From NCBI GenBank assembly GCA_951406725.2, contig OX597819.1, positions 17,050,001 to 17,114,000 of the forward strand: a stretch of DNA of 64,000 bases, given 5' to 3'. The notes below the pieces were generated by a model. It searched no databases. It was not told the DNA's origin and worked only from the letters and a program-made list of their open reading frames with translations. Shown here piece by piece: positions 40,293-54,890 of the stretch (position 1 is the first letter of the stretch; every line of letters begins with the position of its first letter). This DNA comes from Octopus vulgaris. Lineage: Eukaryota. Position numbers and translations under genes: made by a program.

Positions 40293-41045
40293 CCATGGTC
40301 ACGCATGTGTGTACGCATGTAGGTATGCACGTATATATGTATGCGTGTATGTCTGTATGTATGTATGTATGTATGTATGTATGTATGTATGTATGTATGT
40401 ATGTATGTACGTGTGCATATGCTTGCGTATGAAAATAATTCATTCCTTTTGAAAAGTGAGGAAGACATTTTCTAGATATATACTTACCTTACACACACAT
40501 ATACCAACTTTCCCTACCATACATCCATACACACGCGTGCGCGCGCGCACGCATACATATATATATGTGTGTGTGTGTATATACTCCATTTATATATGTA
40601 TATACATATACACAACCCTACATATAAATGTGTGGTAGTGTGGTGTTCGTTTGAGACTTATGAGCGTATGGCGTTGGCTGGGGGAGTGTGTATCTGCGTG
40701 TGTATATGTAAAAACGAATATATGTATGTTACTGAACAAAAGCCAAAGAATGCTGGAACCGAAAATATGACCTTTCCTGAAATTGCAGGTCATACGTCTT
40801 CCAATTAGTTTCCTGTCAATATAAAGGTTTCTGTAGGAAATGCTATCCCACTTCACACTGACCTTGCACCACAGTTCTTAAATCTATTTTTTAACTGTGT
40901 GTTTTAATAGGATGTCATATATTCATTGTATGTATGGACACACAAAGCTACAGACAGATCGTTGGACAGAGCGAGAATGAGGAAAATAGTCAGAGAGAGA
41001 GTGAGAGTGAATGAGAGAAAGAGAGACAGTGATTAAAAAGAGAGA

Positions 41046-41091
<46 letters not shown>

Positions 41092-41170
41092 AAAAATATT
41101 TGCATGTAGCATAAATATGAATAGCTGTATATAAGAATTTATGTATGTATGCATGTACGTATATATATAA

Positions 41171-41228
<58 letters not shown>

Positions 41229-41589
41229 TTATATATATACATATATACATACATACATACATACACACACACACATATATATACATAAATATATGAGTAT
41301 ATATATATATATATATTTACACGCGTACGCACACATACACAAGCAATTATACATGAATATGTGTGGTGGGGGTATAGACACATGGGCTACATAGAACAAG
41401 TCTAAATTCGTGCAGAGTCGAGGCAAGTCTACTCTAATAGTGCTGTATATTTTTTGTGTGTGTGTGATTTATATATATATATATATATATAAATCTAGAG
41501 GGAGAAACAGGGAGAGAGAAACAGAGATGTGTGTGTGTGCGTGTGTGTGTAGAAATTAGCTATTAGCGGCGGAAGCAGCCTTTGTAACA

Positions 41590-42092
41590 AATATTAATTT
41601 ACGCATCCAACTTAGATGTGTTGTTTTAAACGCCGTAAGCTACGGTGAAGTCATCTTGTATAGACGTTAACTGCTAAAAAAAAAAAAAAAACACATTACA
41701 TTGGCATGCGAAATTTTGTTAGCACCAGCAGATGGGATTGTTGTGTCACGTGATTCCATCGTAATTTGCGCTCCATCATTAACGCCGTACCACCAAATGC
41801 CAGATCAAAACGCCGCCAAACCGCTATAGTTTAACACCAGCTAAGCAGTGATATCGCAAAAAGTCGGCGTGGTTTTCCATCTGACATCCATGAGTAGGAT
41901 GTTTGTTGCTGATGAAGCGCAAATTATGCTGAAATCACGTGACACAGCAGTCGCATCTTCCGGTGCTGACGCAGTTTCGTCTGCCAATATAATCTATGCT
42001 TTTCTAGCACTTAACGTCTAAATGAGAAGATTTCTCTAGACGATTCAAAACAACGTGCTTAAGTTATGTTAGATGTGTAAATTCACATATTG
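41590..42092. mobile_element. Old ~500-bp fold-back (palindromic MITE-like) element
   Basis: Arms of ~230 bp are imperfect inverted repeats, e.g. TAGACGTTAACTGCTA / TAGCACTTAACGTCTA and TGTGTCACGTGATT / AATCACGTGACACA; centre near 41845. Confidence 0.8.
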
Positions 42093-42378
42093 CTCAGTAA
42101 TTAGAGCGTTGGGCTTACAGTCATGAAGTTGTTAGTTCGACTTCCGGACCTGACTATTTTCACGTTACTCCGGTTCACTCAGCTGTAGAATTGAGCTGCG
42201 GCGTCAATGTTGCCAAAGCGTATCGGCATTTGTCTTTCCCTTGGACAACTGCGTTGGCACGGAGAAGGGAAACTGGTATGCACGGTGGTCAACTGCTGGG
42301 CTTCCACAAAGCACTTTGCCCACACTTCTGCCTCGGAGGGGAACTTTAAAGGTGCAATCCCATGGTCATTTATGTCAG
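42091..42378 (+). mobile_element. CORE-type tRNA SINE, family D, degenerate
   Basis: Colinear with the reverse complement of 60866-61189 (TTCACTCAGCTGTAGAA..GGTGCAATCCCATGGTCATT). Confidence 0.85.
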
Positions 42379-42460
42379 TCTTTACCCTGGTATACATACA
42401 CACACACACATGTACATACGCGCGCATACACACACATACACATGTACTTGCATACATATG

Positions 42461-43193
<733 letters not shown>

Positions 43194-43204
43194 ATGCACG
43201 ACAG

Positions 43205-44910
43205 TTCCCCAGCCTTTGACTCTGTTCCTTGCTCATGGATGCTAGAAGCCCTTCAACTTGCTAAAGTTCCAGTGAGCATAGTCAAAGCCATAGCTGACAT
43301 GACTTCATCGTGGGCCACCATTTTGAAATTAAGCACAAAGATTGAATGTTTTATCACCGATAGAATACAGTATCGCAAATGCATACTCCAAGGAGACAGC
43401 CTCTCTGTGATGTTCTTTGTATTTTCTGTAAACCCTTTGTCATTCATGTTAAAGAAATCTGAAGGATATCTCACTGGTTCACGAGGAAACAGAAATACCA
43501 AAATTACTCACTGTTTCTTTGCGGATGACTTAAAACTTTATGCAAAGATGAAAAAGAGCTTTGACCTAGTTACAACATTCTCAAAGTATGTGGGCGGCAG
43601 AGGCTTAAGATCGATCCAAAATGCCGTTGAATGTCGCATCATATCCCTTCAGCAACATCTTTTAACCACTAAGTGTCGAAGTGCATCTCTTGACTAAGTT
43701 TGCATACATGAAGCTAATAACATCATAAGACTTAGAAGGCAACTCCTTCATCAAGACTCTTTGATAATCTAGAATACATGCCCACAGAAGACGCACGACT
43801 CTACCGCAACTTATCATCAGATGAAAGAATGAGCCTATATGAGCAGAAGATTATGCATGGATATGTCACTAGAAAGCTCCGTGATGATAGTAACATCGAT
43901 CATCAAAGCAGTTTATCAGTTTATAGCCGGATTACTACCTTCAACTCCCAGGGTATGCGTTTTGCAATCCAGGAACAGGAAATATCAACCGAGTATCTGA
44001 TCCACAAAAGGGATAGAGATGCAGGAAATGCAGTAAAATATGACAACCGATGCAGACTTTGTGGAGATCACACTGAAGATATCACCCACATCATAAGCAG
44101 GTATCCGAAAATGTCATCGCGGCATTATTCTCCGATGAGACATGATGTTGTAGTTCTGACATTCTATAATGAAATCCGTCGGAAGGATAACCCGAGGACA
44201 AAGAAATAAGAACCCACAATATGGTAGAAGCCATAGCCACTCATAATAAAAAAGAGTACTGGTGGAATGTCCCAGTGAAAACCTCAATAAAATGTAAGCA
44301 CAACAGACCTGATATAATGGTTTGAGATAGAGAAGAGAAACTGTGTACAGTTGTGGAAATTAGCAGCCCAGCGGATGCTAACAAAAAGCTGAAGATCAAT
44401 GAAAGAGAGAATACCTATGCTGAACTATTGAGAAATCTGCAGTTACTCTATTCAGATTACCATTTCAGGTTTATATCTGTAATTATTGAGGCACTGGGAT
44501 ATGTAACAGACTGCCTAAATACCAATCTTGAGAAATTAGGCTTCTACAAAAGCAGACTGGATAAAGCTAATTCGAAGACTACAAATTCAATCCATCACTG
44601 GAACTGTAAACAACTGTAAAACTTTCCAGAAGTTTATCATTTAGATATAAATGAGCATGTCTAGACGTGCAACTATATGCATGAGAATACATACATAAAA
44701 CAAAACGTATAAATCTGCACATACACATGCATACATACATACATACATACATACATACATACATACATACATACATACATACATGCATACATACAAATAA
44801 ACAAAAGTATCCTGTTGTTGATGTTGAAATTCCAAAGAAGGATCCTTCAATCTATGTTAGAAACCGGCTTTTGCTCTATTGGCAAGAAATCTTGAAATAA
44901 AACGGAACAA
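43205..44910 (+). mobile_element. R4/Dong-like non-LTR retrotransposon, 5'-truncated (RT, CCHC, REL, 3' UTR)
   Basis: AFDSVP.SW..ILQGDSLS..FFADDLKLYA..GGRGL; CRLCGDHTEDITHII..RHDVV; HNRPDI..VVEISSPAD (ORFs 43194-43697, 43778-44209, 44353-44619). Confidence 0.92.
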
Positions 44911-45155
44911 TCACACACGCAATTAACAATGACGGAAGCAGTATTAATATCAAAAGGTAATCCTTAATCTTAATCTTAACACGAAGATTGTGTCATTTGT
45001 CTTGATAGGATATCTCATATGGACTCATGGTGCGTAAAAGCACTCGTATTTTTATCGTTGACAATGTGGACCGTCTGCTACGGACGCTGGAAACTATCAG
45101 ATCCTGTGATTTCGCCTTGATTTGAGCTCAGTGACAGACATCCATTAGCGATATA

Positions 45156-45306
45156 TATTTCTTTACTACCCACAAGGGGCTAAACATAGAGGGGACAAAC
45201 AAGGACATTCAAAGGGAGTAAGTCGATTACATCGACCCCAGTGCGAAATTGGTACTTTATTTATCGACCCCGAAAGGATGAAAGGCAAAGTCGACCTCGG
45301 CGGAAT
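45156..45306 (-). mobile_element. 5'-truncated SINE family B with a perfect 16-bp TSD
   Basis: ATCCATTAGCGATATA at 45140-45155 and 45307-45322; same tail variant as the 11214/11397 units. Confidence 0.92.
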
Positions 45307-45568
45307 ATCCATTAGCGATATAAAATCCGAATCTCGCGTCAACAATATATATAGAAAATCAGTGTCTATTCAGGCACTGGTAACACCAGCAGCCAGTGGT
45401 CTTATTGAAAAAATAATTAGAAGCGACAAAAGCAGTATTAACACCAAAAGGCAACCTTGGTCTCCAACTTAACTTGGAGATTGTGATAGGACACAGAATT
45501 CTGCGTTATTTACCTTGTGGAGCCTAAGAGCACCACTCTAGTTATATATGTATGTGTGTGTGTGTGTG

Positions 45569-45609
<41 letters not shown>

Positions 45610-46724
45610 ACATACGTGCATATGTTCTTTGGTCTGTCAAAATTTTCTCGAGTTCATCCTCATGTTACTGTTGCTGTTAGCGTTTGTTAATGCTTTTCAT
45701 AAAGAGTAGCAACATCATGGAAATATCACTTCATCACCAGATTCCAATTTTTAACTATTAATTTCAACTGACTTTTAGCAATTATACTCTGCTCTGGTTT
45801 GTCACTTGGATGTAGTAATTTCTGTGTAAATTTTTCCTTTGTATTTTTACCACGAATGGAACTTCTAAAATTTGTTGACAATCCTAAATATGGTGGCTGT
45901 GTTATCAAGCCGCATTTTTCTGTCTACTTTTATTTTTGTGTTCGACAGGGCTGCAACAGATCCTTGTTGTAAACTCAACGACAGTATGTGTGTCTGATAC
46001 AACATGCCGAGTCCGACTTTACATGCTTAGAACTGTCATAGTTGCCTCACAATTCTTTGTTGTTTCGTCACAAGACTGCCCTGAACGAGGAGACTTATGA
46101 TCAAAAAAATGTTCAAGTGTGAACATTCTGTTGCTTACCAATTATCAACATTGGCTACTGTGTCCGATTTCTTTAAATACATTAGAGCATGATCTGAGAG
46201 AAATTTAATTCTTATTTTCACCATGTGTACGACAAGGTGATTGCTCTCCACTTACCTTATTATATGGGTATATATCATAATGGTCATGTGAAGTATATTC
46301 CATGGAATACAGTCTTCTAGCTTCGGAATGATGAGGTTTTAATTCTTGTATTTCATTCATATGTTATTAGTGTTAGCTCATGATTAGATATCGCACATGT
46401 TGTGATCTGTTTATGGCTTTTTGATAACATAAAACTAATAAAACAATCTAGAATTATGAAACTGCAGAAAACAGAAACACAAAAGAAAACACAAAAAGAA
46501 AAGAAAAAAAACAAACAAAAGCCGAAAACATGAAAAAGCTCGTAAAAGAGAACATAATTTGTATTACGTTCAGTCAACATCAAACGGTAATGATATATTA
46601 CAATATTACAATACAGCAACAGGAAAAAAGAAAAAAATGGAAAACTTGTCATCAGTAAAAATCTACTAGACTTTATACATATGTAGTATATCAATATACA
46701 AACACACAGAGATAAACACATAGA

Positions 46725-46727
<3 letters not shown>

Positions 46728-46755
<28 letters not shown>

Positions 46756-46998
46756 TGTATGTATGTATGTATGTATGTATGTATGTATGTATGTATGTAT
46801 GTATGTATGTATGTATGTATGTATGTATGTATGTATGTATGTATGTATGTATGTATGTATGTATGTATGTATGTATGTATGTATGTATGTATGTATGTAT
46901 GTGTGTGCATACATATATGCATATATATATGCATACATATATATATATACATATATGTATGTATATATGTATATATATACACAAATATGTGTGTATAA

Positions 46999-47031
<33 letters not shown>

Positions 47032-47213
47032 AATATATAAATATATATATATATATATCTTTGTGTTTGTATATATATTTATACATATATACGTATGTAT
47101 ACATACATATACATAGATATATGTATGTATATATATATGTACACATATGTATATATATATGTATATATATATATATATATAAACATACTTGGAGAACAGA
47201 AAAGAAACATATG

Positions 47214-47261
<48 letters not shown>

Positions 47262-47285
47262 CATACACACATATATATATATACA
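46728..47285. repeat. Perfect (ATGT)n of ~170 bp followed by a TA-rich field
   Basis: Direct inspection. Confidence 0.97.
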
Positions 47286-47299
47286 TGTAAAATGTGTGA

Positions 47300-48088
47300 G
47301 GCCTTTCAATAGCATTTTACCCGACAGGGTGGACTTCAGTGACTACCTGCACAGCCTTCCACGACTCCCAACAAGGGAGGCAGGGAGCTACGAATGTGCC
47401 ATCACGGCAGCGGAAGTGCGGGACGCGATGGCAGAATGCTCGAGGGACAAATCGCCGGGTTTCGATGGTCTACCCTACGAGCTTTACAGTTGTATGCCAG
47501 ACTTGTTTGGAGACATCTTGGCAGCAAAACGGGAGCGTCCCCGGTTTTGTGAGCTGAGGATCCGTAACGCTACTGAAGGAAGATCCGAACAAGGGGGGCG
47601 TTATAGATAACTTTAGGCCCATCACTCTATAGACTTTAAAATTTATACTTGAATTGTAGACTTGAAAATTTTGGCCAAGGTGTTAGCCAAGAGGTTGGCG
47701 CTTGTCATCGAGAAACTGGTCGACAAGGGTCAAACGTGCGCCGTGCCGGGCCGTGTCTGCATACGCCGAGCGTGTCTGCATACGCGGACGACGTCACCGT
47801 CATAGTGTCTAGCTAGGAGCACATCGAGCTGGTTGGCGAGACCCTGAAAGACTACGAAGCGGTAACAGGAGCGAAAATCAACCGGGAAATGTTGCTCGGG
47901 GTCTAGTTTGGTCCGGACCTCCAAACGGATTCACTTACTGTAATATTTTTTTTTTTTTTACATGACAACATTATTGTTCGAGGTTACCGTGGTCTTTTCC
48001 GTAGGCTTTTCTGTTCCACGGATAAACCTAATCTGTTTCTCCTTTTTACACTATGATATTGGTAATACACGATCCCTATTGATCGACC
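47300..48088 (+). mobile_element. L1/Tx1-like LINE, internally deleted RT fragment plus 3' UTR
   Basis: [50 protein letters not shown] | SAYADDVTV..YEAVTGAKIN; GC/CpG-rich. Confidence 0.9.
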
Positions 48089-48135
48089 TACACACACACA
48101 CATATATATATGCATACATACATACATATATATAC

Positions 48136-48174
<39 letters not shown>

Positions 48175-48202
48175 CATATACATACATACATACATACATA
48201 CA

Positions 48203-48297
<95 letters not shown>

Positions 48298-49739
48298 CGT
48301 ACGCCCCAAAAAGGTATACACACTCAGGAAAAGTAAAATTATGTGTATGAATGTTTAACTTGTATAAGTACCTCTTTAAATAGATACTTCTTTCGATGAC
48401 TTATCAATTTGCGATGAAGCTGAATAAATTGCAATATCACTGAATATTTATATTTATACGGGTCTTTCTTTTCCTGAAGTGTGTATACATTGTTTTAGCA
48501 GACTTTGTGATATATATGTATGTGTGTGTGTGTGTGTGTGCGCGCATCGGCGCATATACAAATGTGTGTTTGTAAATGAAAGTTATAATATTTTTGATGT
48601 GAATTTGTGGTTTGGGACATATATTGTTGCACAGGCAGAGGTCATTCGGCAAATAAAACCCATGTGTTGGTTATTTTTCATTTTCTCTTTTATTATCAAT
48701 TAGCAAATTAGGTTATTAATTAATCAATTAGTTATTTTACTGGTTTGTTAAAGTCCGTTTTCACACTGTGTCTTTATCGATGGCGTGTCCCTTGTGCATT
48801 TACTGTGTCTAAAATGCTCTCAATCTGTGCACTGTGTGATTGTCTCGAAATGCAATAATGAATTTTTCCATGTTTTAGTATATGTAATCTATAAACTCTC
48901 TCTCTCTCTCTTTGTATATACGTGTGTGTAATTTTAATTTTAGTGATGGTGCTCTGTGCTTTTAGCTGTGTGAGTATTTGTGTGTGTATGTGTGTGTCAG
49001 TGTGTGCGTGCCTGCTTTTGTTTATGTGAGAGTTTTGTTGCCTTCGTTATTTGAGTATTTGTATTCGATTTTTTTAAAAACTAATTTAATATTACCAACA
49101 CCGATATACTTGTTATTCAATTTAGAACTGTTTCATGTGCACAACGACACATACATCCGTTTCCATATATTTCTATATATGTTCTCTAAATATATCCCTT
49201 TGTTTCTTATTTCATATATTTATTATTTCATATATGTTCGAACATATATTTATAGATATATAGAGAAGCTTCGCGTGTGTTCACACAGTCATTTAGGCAA
49301 GTTATGACTATACTTTCTCCCGACTTTTCTATAGTCAGCACTAAACGTTCAGTCATTTTGTAATTTCTGCCAATTACACTCATTCACACACATACACAAA
49401 CACGCGCGCGCGCGCGCACTTCCACGAGGACCAGGAATAGAATTAAAAGCGTGAGCTGAAGCAGCTATTTTTGCACGTGATAGTCACGGAAGTTCTTAAA
49501 CGAAAGAACATAAGGATATGCGTTTTCTTCAAGCTTTCATTTTATATATATAAAAAAAAAAAAAATTCAGAGAATGGATACTTAAAACCAGGATCGGTTT
49601 AGTAGCTCATCGGAAACGAGGAACTCCGTGTTCTGGAAATCGGATCCTTTCAATTATAATGAATGAAATATTGACATAAATATAGATAAACAAACAGATA
49701 GAAGTGTACTTACTTATATTTTTAAGCCAAAAAACGCGA

Positions 49740-50700
49740 TTTATGAAAAAATTGTTATCATAGGTTGATGGTTAGTAATTTTACTTGGTATTTCAATATT
49801 TTAGGGTTAAGACTCTTCTCCGAGAAATCTATGGAAAAATGTGTTAGCTGACTTTTCTGCTCGGTAGTGTGTATGTATGAAGGATTGTTCTGCATTATTA
49901 TAGTAGCCAATCAGCTGCGTGGAGTTCGTATCTGCTAATGATTCGTGGGTTGTGTTTGTCAATTAAAATGGTTTCTTTAATCCGCAAGTTCCCAATGTTT
50001 CTTCTGTAGTTTCAATGGAAACTTGGATGTCTTGGGCGTAGCATTTCTGACGGAAGACCCATTAGCGAGAGGTGTTCTTTAACCCATATGTGAACTTGTC
50101 AAATTCATCATATTGCTACACGTGATTTTGTATGTCACATCGGACCGCAGGCATGTATTTTCGTCTTTGACCGGGCAGTTGGGCCAATGTACATATGGTG
50201 CTGTTTGGTCTTAGCTTGTTAGGGACTGAATGTGTTAGTCGCCCAGTTCCTCTTTTTAGAGGATTGCTGAAGTCATTTAAAAAAAAAACACATCTTTGGA
50301 TATGTTGATTTGTTAGATGGTCTGGGGATGTCCTGGCGTTTAGTGAAATAGTATGGATAACCATTGTCCATCAGGTCATTTCAGAACTGTATGGTGTTAG
50401 TGCTTTTTACTTCCTGACCGGCTACATTTGCTGTTCTGTAGGTCTCATTCCTAATGTAGGTCATCTTACCTCTGAAGGATTGGGATGAAAAGTAATGTAT
50501 AAATCCGCCCCTGCATGCCACTTTTCTGTATATCGTTGAGGAGGTGGATAGGTTCTCTGTGAGTTTGAGTTCAAATTCAAGCAGAAATAAGGAACCGGAG
50601 TTATTGGAATGCTCCATATCTTCATCGATATTGTTCGACATATATATTTTAACAACCTCCTCGCGAAAAGATGTTATTGCCTGACAAGCTGGACCCCATT
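49740..50700 (-). mobile_element. Penelope-like element fragment (RT thumb plus C-terminal GIY-YIG), decayed
   Basis: GSLFLLEFELK..IYRKVACRGGFIHYFS..KMTYIRNE (ORF 50381-50806), then PNCPVKDENTCLRSDVTYKITCS. Confidence 0.65.
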
Positions 50701-50807
50701 GGCAGTAGTATATATATATAATACTAAGATATAATACTATATATGTAATAACACTATAATGTAATAATACTATAAATGTAATATACATATGTATGTATAT
50801 ACACACA

Positions 50808-50975
<168 letters not shown>

Positions 50976-51059
50976 TATATACATACAAACACAACCACAC
51001 ACACACACACACTCACACACAGACGCACCATTTACTTGCAGGGTTTGGTCGAACGAATT

Positions 51060-51365
51060 GCCCCCTGTACTTATTTCTACTTAATCTATCGGTTCTTTTT
51101 GATGAACCGCTAAGTTATGGGGACGTAAATAAACGGGCCCTAGTCGTCAAGCGGTAAACACAAATACAAACACAGACTAACACACACATAAGTACGCACG
51201 CACGATGCATACACACACGCACATAGGGGGTTTCGTTCAGTTTCCGCCTACCAAATCCACTCTTATGGTGTTGGTTGACTCGGGGCTATAGTAGGAAACA
51301 TTTACTCAAGGTGGCACGCAGAGGGAAGGACCCAAATCCGTGTAGTTGGGAAGCAAATTTCTTAT
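51060..51365 (-). mobile_element. SINE family A, degenerate
   Basis: TTCAGTTTCCGCCTACCAAATCCACTC..GGGGCTATAGTAG..GTTGGGAAGCAA is the reverse complement of family A. Confidence 0.8.
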
Positions 51366-51551
51366 CACGCAGCTACGTCTGCGCCCACTCGCGATATATA
51401 TATGAAATAAAAAAAGGATATATTTCTGTGTCCATGTTTGTGTGTGTTAGTGGTGCGTGTATGTGTTTGTACGGGTCTCTGTCTTTCTCTCTGTATATAT
51501 GTGTGTATACACACACACTCACTCACACTCACACACAGACACACACACACA

Positions 51552-51597
<46 letters not shown>

Positions 51598-51755
51598 CAG
51601 TATACACACGCGTGCACACGTGCACACGCACACATATATTTATATTTATATTCAAATTAAATTAGTATTTATTCGCAATTCGTATAACATTATTCTTTAT
51701 ATATTTCCATATATATACATATATATATATATGTTTCCGTTCCTTTTAATCAGTT

Positions 51756-52010
51756 GAGCGACACATTACATTGTTTCTATCAAAGTTGAAATAATTCCAT
51801 TAAGCTATCATTTTCTTTATCAATATTTCAATAAAGATAAGATCCACTCGTGATACACCACATTGTTTGCATCAAAGCTGAAATGACTTTCATTAAGCTA
51901 TCGATTTCAACGTCTTTTTATGTTTCGTACACATCGCAATTAAGTTTCATCATTGGAGCGATATACGACATTGGTTACATTAGAACTGAAAAACTTTCAT
52001 TAAGCAATTA
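51756..52010. repeat. Three degenerate ~55-bp direct repeats spaced ~92 and ~108 bp
   Basis: ACATTG(T/G)TT..ATCAAAG.TGAAA..TTCATTAAGC units starting at ~51756, ~51848 and ~51956. Confidence 0.7.
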
Positions 52011-52169
52011 ATTTTTAGTTACGTATATTTAGTTTCATAAATGAAGTGGAATTCATATTTCTTTAGCAAGCCAGCTATTCAGTCATAAAGGTAAATATAG
52101 TTTCTTTTCATTTAATTACATACATGTATTATTTTACATAATATAAAAACTTGCGGTAATTACGGCAGA

Positions 52170-54890
52170 TACTAAGTTGGAGAACCTACAACCGGAACGA
52201 CTTATTGCGTTACGTAAACGTGGTGTTGTAGGAGAGGCTTCACTTCAAAGAATCAAGTCTATTGATCCAAATTATGATCCGTCAATGCTTTTCATTACTA
52301 TTTCCATTTGATGGTGGAGGATGATACGTTGGTTTAATGGTTTAACATTTGTGAATATCACGATCGCATAGCAGTGACTATTACGGAGTAAAAAGAAACC
52401 GATGGCCAACTCAAAACAAAAAAAGAGAAAGAAAAGAAAAGAAAAATGCAAAAGAGAACAAACATTAATAAGGAAATTATATTGATAGTCGATGCGTCCT
52501 GTAAGATATTGTGAGGTTTGGTTTAAAATGTGAGGTTCAAATCCACCCGTACAACAGGCAATATGCTTTGTTTCTAAAACAAAACAAAAAAAAAAAAACT
52601 GAAGAAATTATCGCAAAATAACTCAGCCGTAACAGAATAGATGAAGCATAATCGTAATTTGTTTGCATTCTCCAGATCACATGAAAAATGTCTGTTATAT
52701 ACTGATATCCCAAATGTACATGGTGTAAAAACAAGAACATGTGTGTTGCTAGAAAATACACCTCACACTCTACTGTACCGAGTTTCCTCCAAATATAAAA
52801 AAAGCTTTCTATCTGAGAGCTTTATTGTATCATATTCTTGAAGTTACATCATTTGAAGATGGGGGAACCGTCACTGGCAACGGTGGTACTAGGTATTAGG
52901 TTGTTTCACATAAAATGTTGTATTTGAAAGGTAACAATAAAATGTTTCAGAAGTGTTAGACAACTGATTTCTTTAATCAAAGTATGATCCATGTTCATTT
53001 AGAACATTTACCCAACGTTTCTCTCATATATTCCATCTTAAAAAATAAATTCATCTTTTGTTGTGATAAACTGTCCGAATGCTTCAATTACCTCTTCTCT
53101 ATTTAAGAATGTTTTATTGATTATGATAAGCTCAAAATGCTTAAATAAGTGATGATCAGTAGGAAAGATATCAGGCTTTGTAACTTTTGGACCATAGCTT
53201 GTGGAGTGTGAGGACGTGCATTGTCGTGGAGCAAAGTTGGTCATCTCTATTCACTAGTCTGGGTTACTTCTTCTTCAATTTCTCATGCATACAATCAATT
53301 TCCTGGCAATACGATGTTGCTGTTACCGTTTTTCCTTTTTGCAAAAATGAATAATGAATAACCCCCTTTCGCAGACCACCATACAGTGACCATTGGTGGT
53401 TTTGGACAGTGTTTAGGTGACTCTCCTGCATCTAATCACTGTCCTGTTCTGCTGTTTTCAAAGAATATCCATTTTTCATCACAAGTGATGATTTGATGCA
53501 AAAAAGGTATTTTTCCAGTCGAGAAAGCAATAAGGAGCACACTTCGAGGCGCCTGTTTTTTTAATCTCGTTCAGTTGATATGGAACAAACCTATCCATTT
53601 TCTTGACTTTTCCAATTCTTTACAGGTGTCCAAAAACAGTTGTGTGAGATATTTGGAGATCTGATGAAAGTTTTCGAACCTTTGTTCTCGGATTTCGTTC
53701 AACCAAAGCATTTAATCCATCATTTCGGATGACTGCTTTTGGCCTATCCCTTGGTTTATTTTCAAGGCTATCATCAACGAGAGCTTTGGAACTATCTCTG
53801 AATAGTTCTGATATCAACAAAACCATTACCAAAGGCCGCTTGATATTCCATAGAGCTTCTGCGGCAGAGTGATACAGTTTGTACTCATACGAGAAAATCA
53901 CTCAACATAGTTTCGTTATCATTTTCACGAGGTCTGTGGGTAAGAATTTTTTATACCAATATTGTTGAGAAGGAAAAATAGTCAAGATTAAATGCAAGGT
54001 ATACATAATTGAGTTATTAAATGACTGAAATAACAAGTAATTAAAAATGCGACATTTCATGTGAAACAACCTAATTGTTGCTATCAAAATGGCTTCAGTA
54101 GATGATAGGCATTGAATGAAGTGTTATGAGACAATGATGGATGACCACATTTGTACATTTGTAAATAAATTATGGAAACATTTCTGTTGACTTGCTGAAC
54201 CTGAGAAATTATTCAGTGTATTTGGAAAAGAATTTTAGGTTAATGAAAAGAATCTGTTATGCACGTCAATGCAAGTCAAAATTTGAAATTATTTTAAAAA
54301 AAAAATGGATCCCGTTTGAATAATTGTCCACCAAGACAGCATATATATCGAATATAGATATTTGCGCAGATATATTCTTCTATAACTTCAACGTGTTAAC
54401 AAAAATAAACAAACTCTTATATATTTTTGATGAAAACAGAGAGAAATTAATTTAACGCAGCGAGCAGCTTTACAAAGGATAAAAAACAAACCATTTCTTG
54501 TTAACAAAGAATGCTTTATCTATAATGAATTATCTAACATTTTTTGTTGATGGATCTACGTTATCGGAAAAAAATATTTCAGTATTATTTCAGTGTTATT
54601 TTAGTATATTTCACTAAAGATGGATTGCAAGTCTTATTTGTTTTAGCTGTTTTACTTCTCGTAAAAAGATAAAAATATTCACCGTTAGGCCTTCCATACA
54701 ATTGAGTTTATGGTGCTACATGTACTGTCTTAAGACGAAATGAAACTGGCGTTTATATCATTCGAGTTAAAATGATTTGGGATGAGTTACCTATATCTTA
54801 TAGTTTCTATGTAGTCGGATTGGATCGAGAAATCTTATGAAAGCTAATGATCTGAGGTTTGAACACATCATATTTTGCTTGGTATTTAGC
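52170..54890 (+). mobile_element. Decayed autonomous Helitron RepHel relic, interrupted by a mariner
   Basis: LQRIKSIDPNYDP/LLFPF (52240-52310); AFYLRALLYHILEVTSFED (52804-52860); after the mariner, FFVDG (Walker A region, ~54540) and KMIWDELPI..LDR (PIF1 Walker B, 54769-54828). Confidence 0.75.
52896..54074 (-). mobile_element. Full-length mariner (DD34D, Hsmar1-like TIR), inactivated
   Basis: TIRs TTAGGTTGTTTCACATAAAATGTTGTATTT / TTAGGTTGTTTCACATGAAATGTCGCATTT; TA on the left; motifs FVPYQL, IITCDEKWI, HDNARPH, PDIFPTDHHLF. Confidence 0.93.

Noticed and set aside
46565-46660. Minus-strand CTGATGA..GAAC-GTA as a hammerhead
   Set aside because: GAAA is incomplete and stems I and II do not pair convincingly.
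49740-50700. Naiad/Chlamys-type (N-terminal endonuclease) PLE
   Set aside because: The endonuclease-like motifs lie downstream of the RT thumb, which is the conventional C-terminal arrangement.
51756-52010. Three repeats with different intervening sequence as a CRISPR array
   Set aside because: The repeats are degenerate, irregularly spaced and only three in number, lie beside a Helitron relic, and there are no cas genes.
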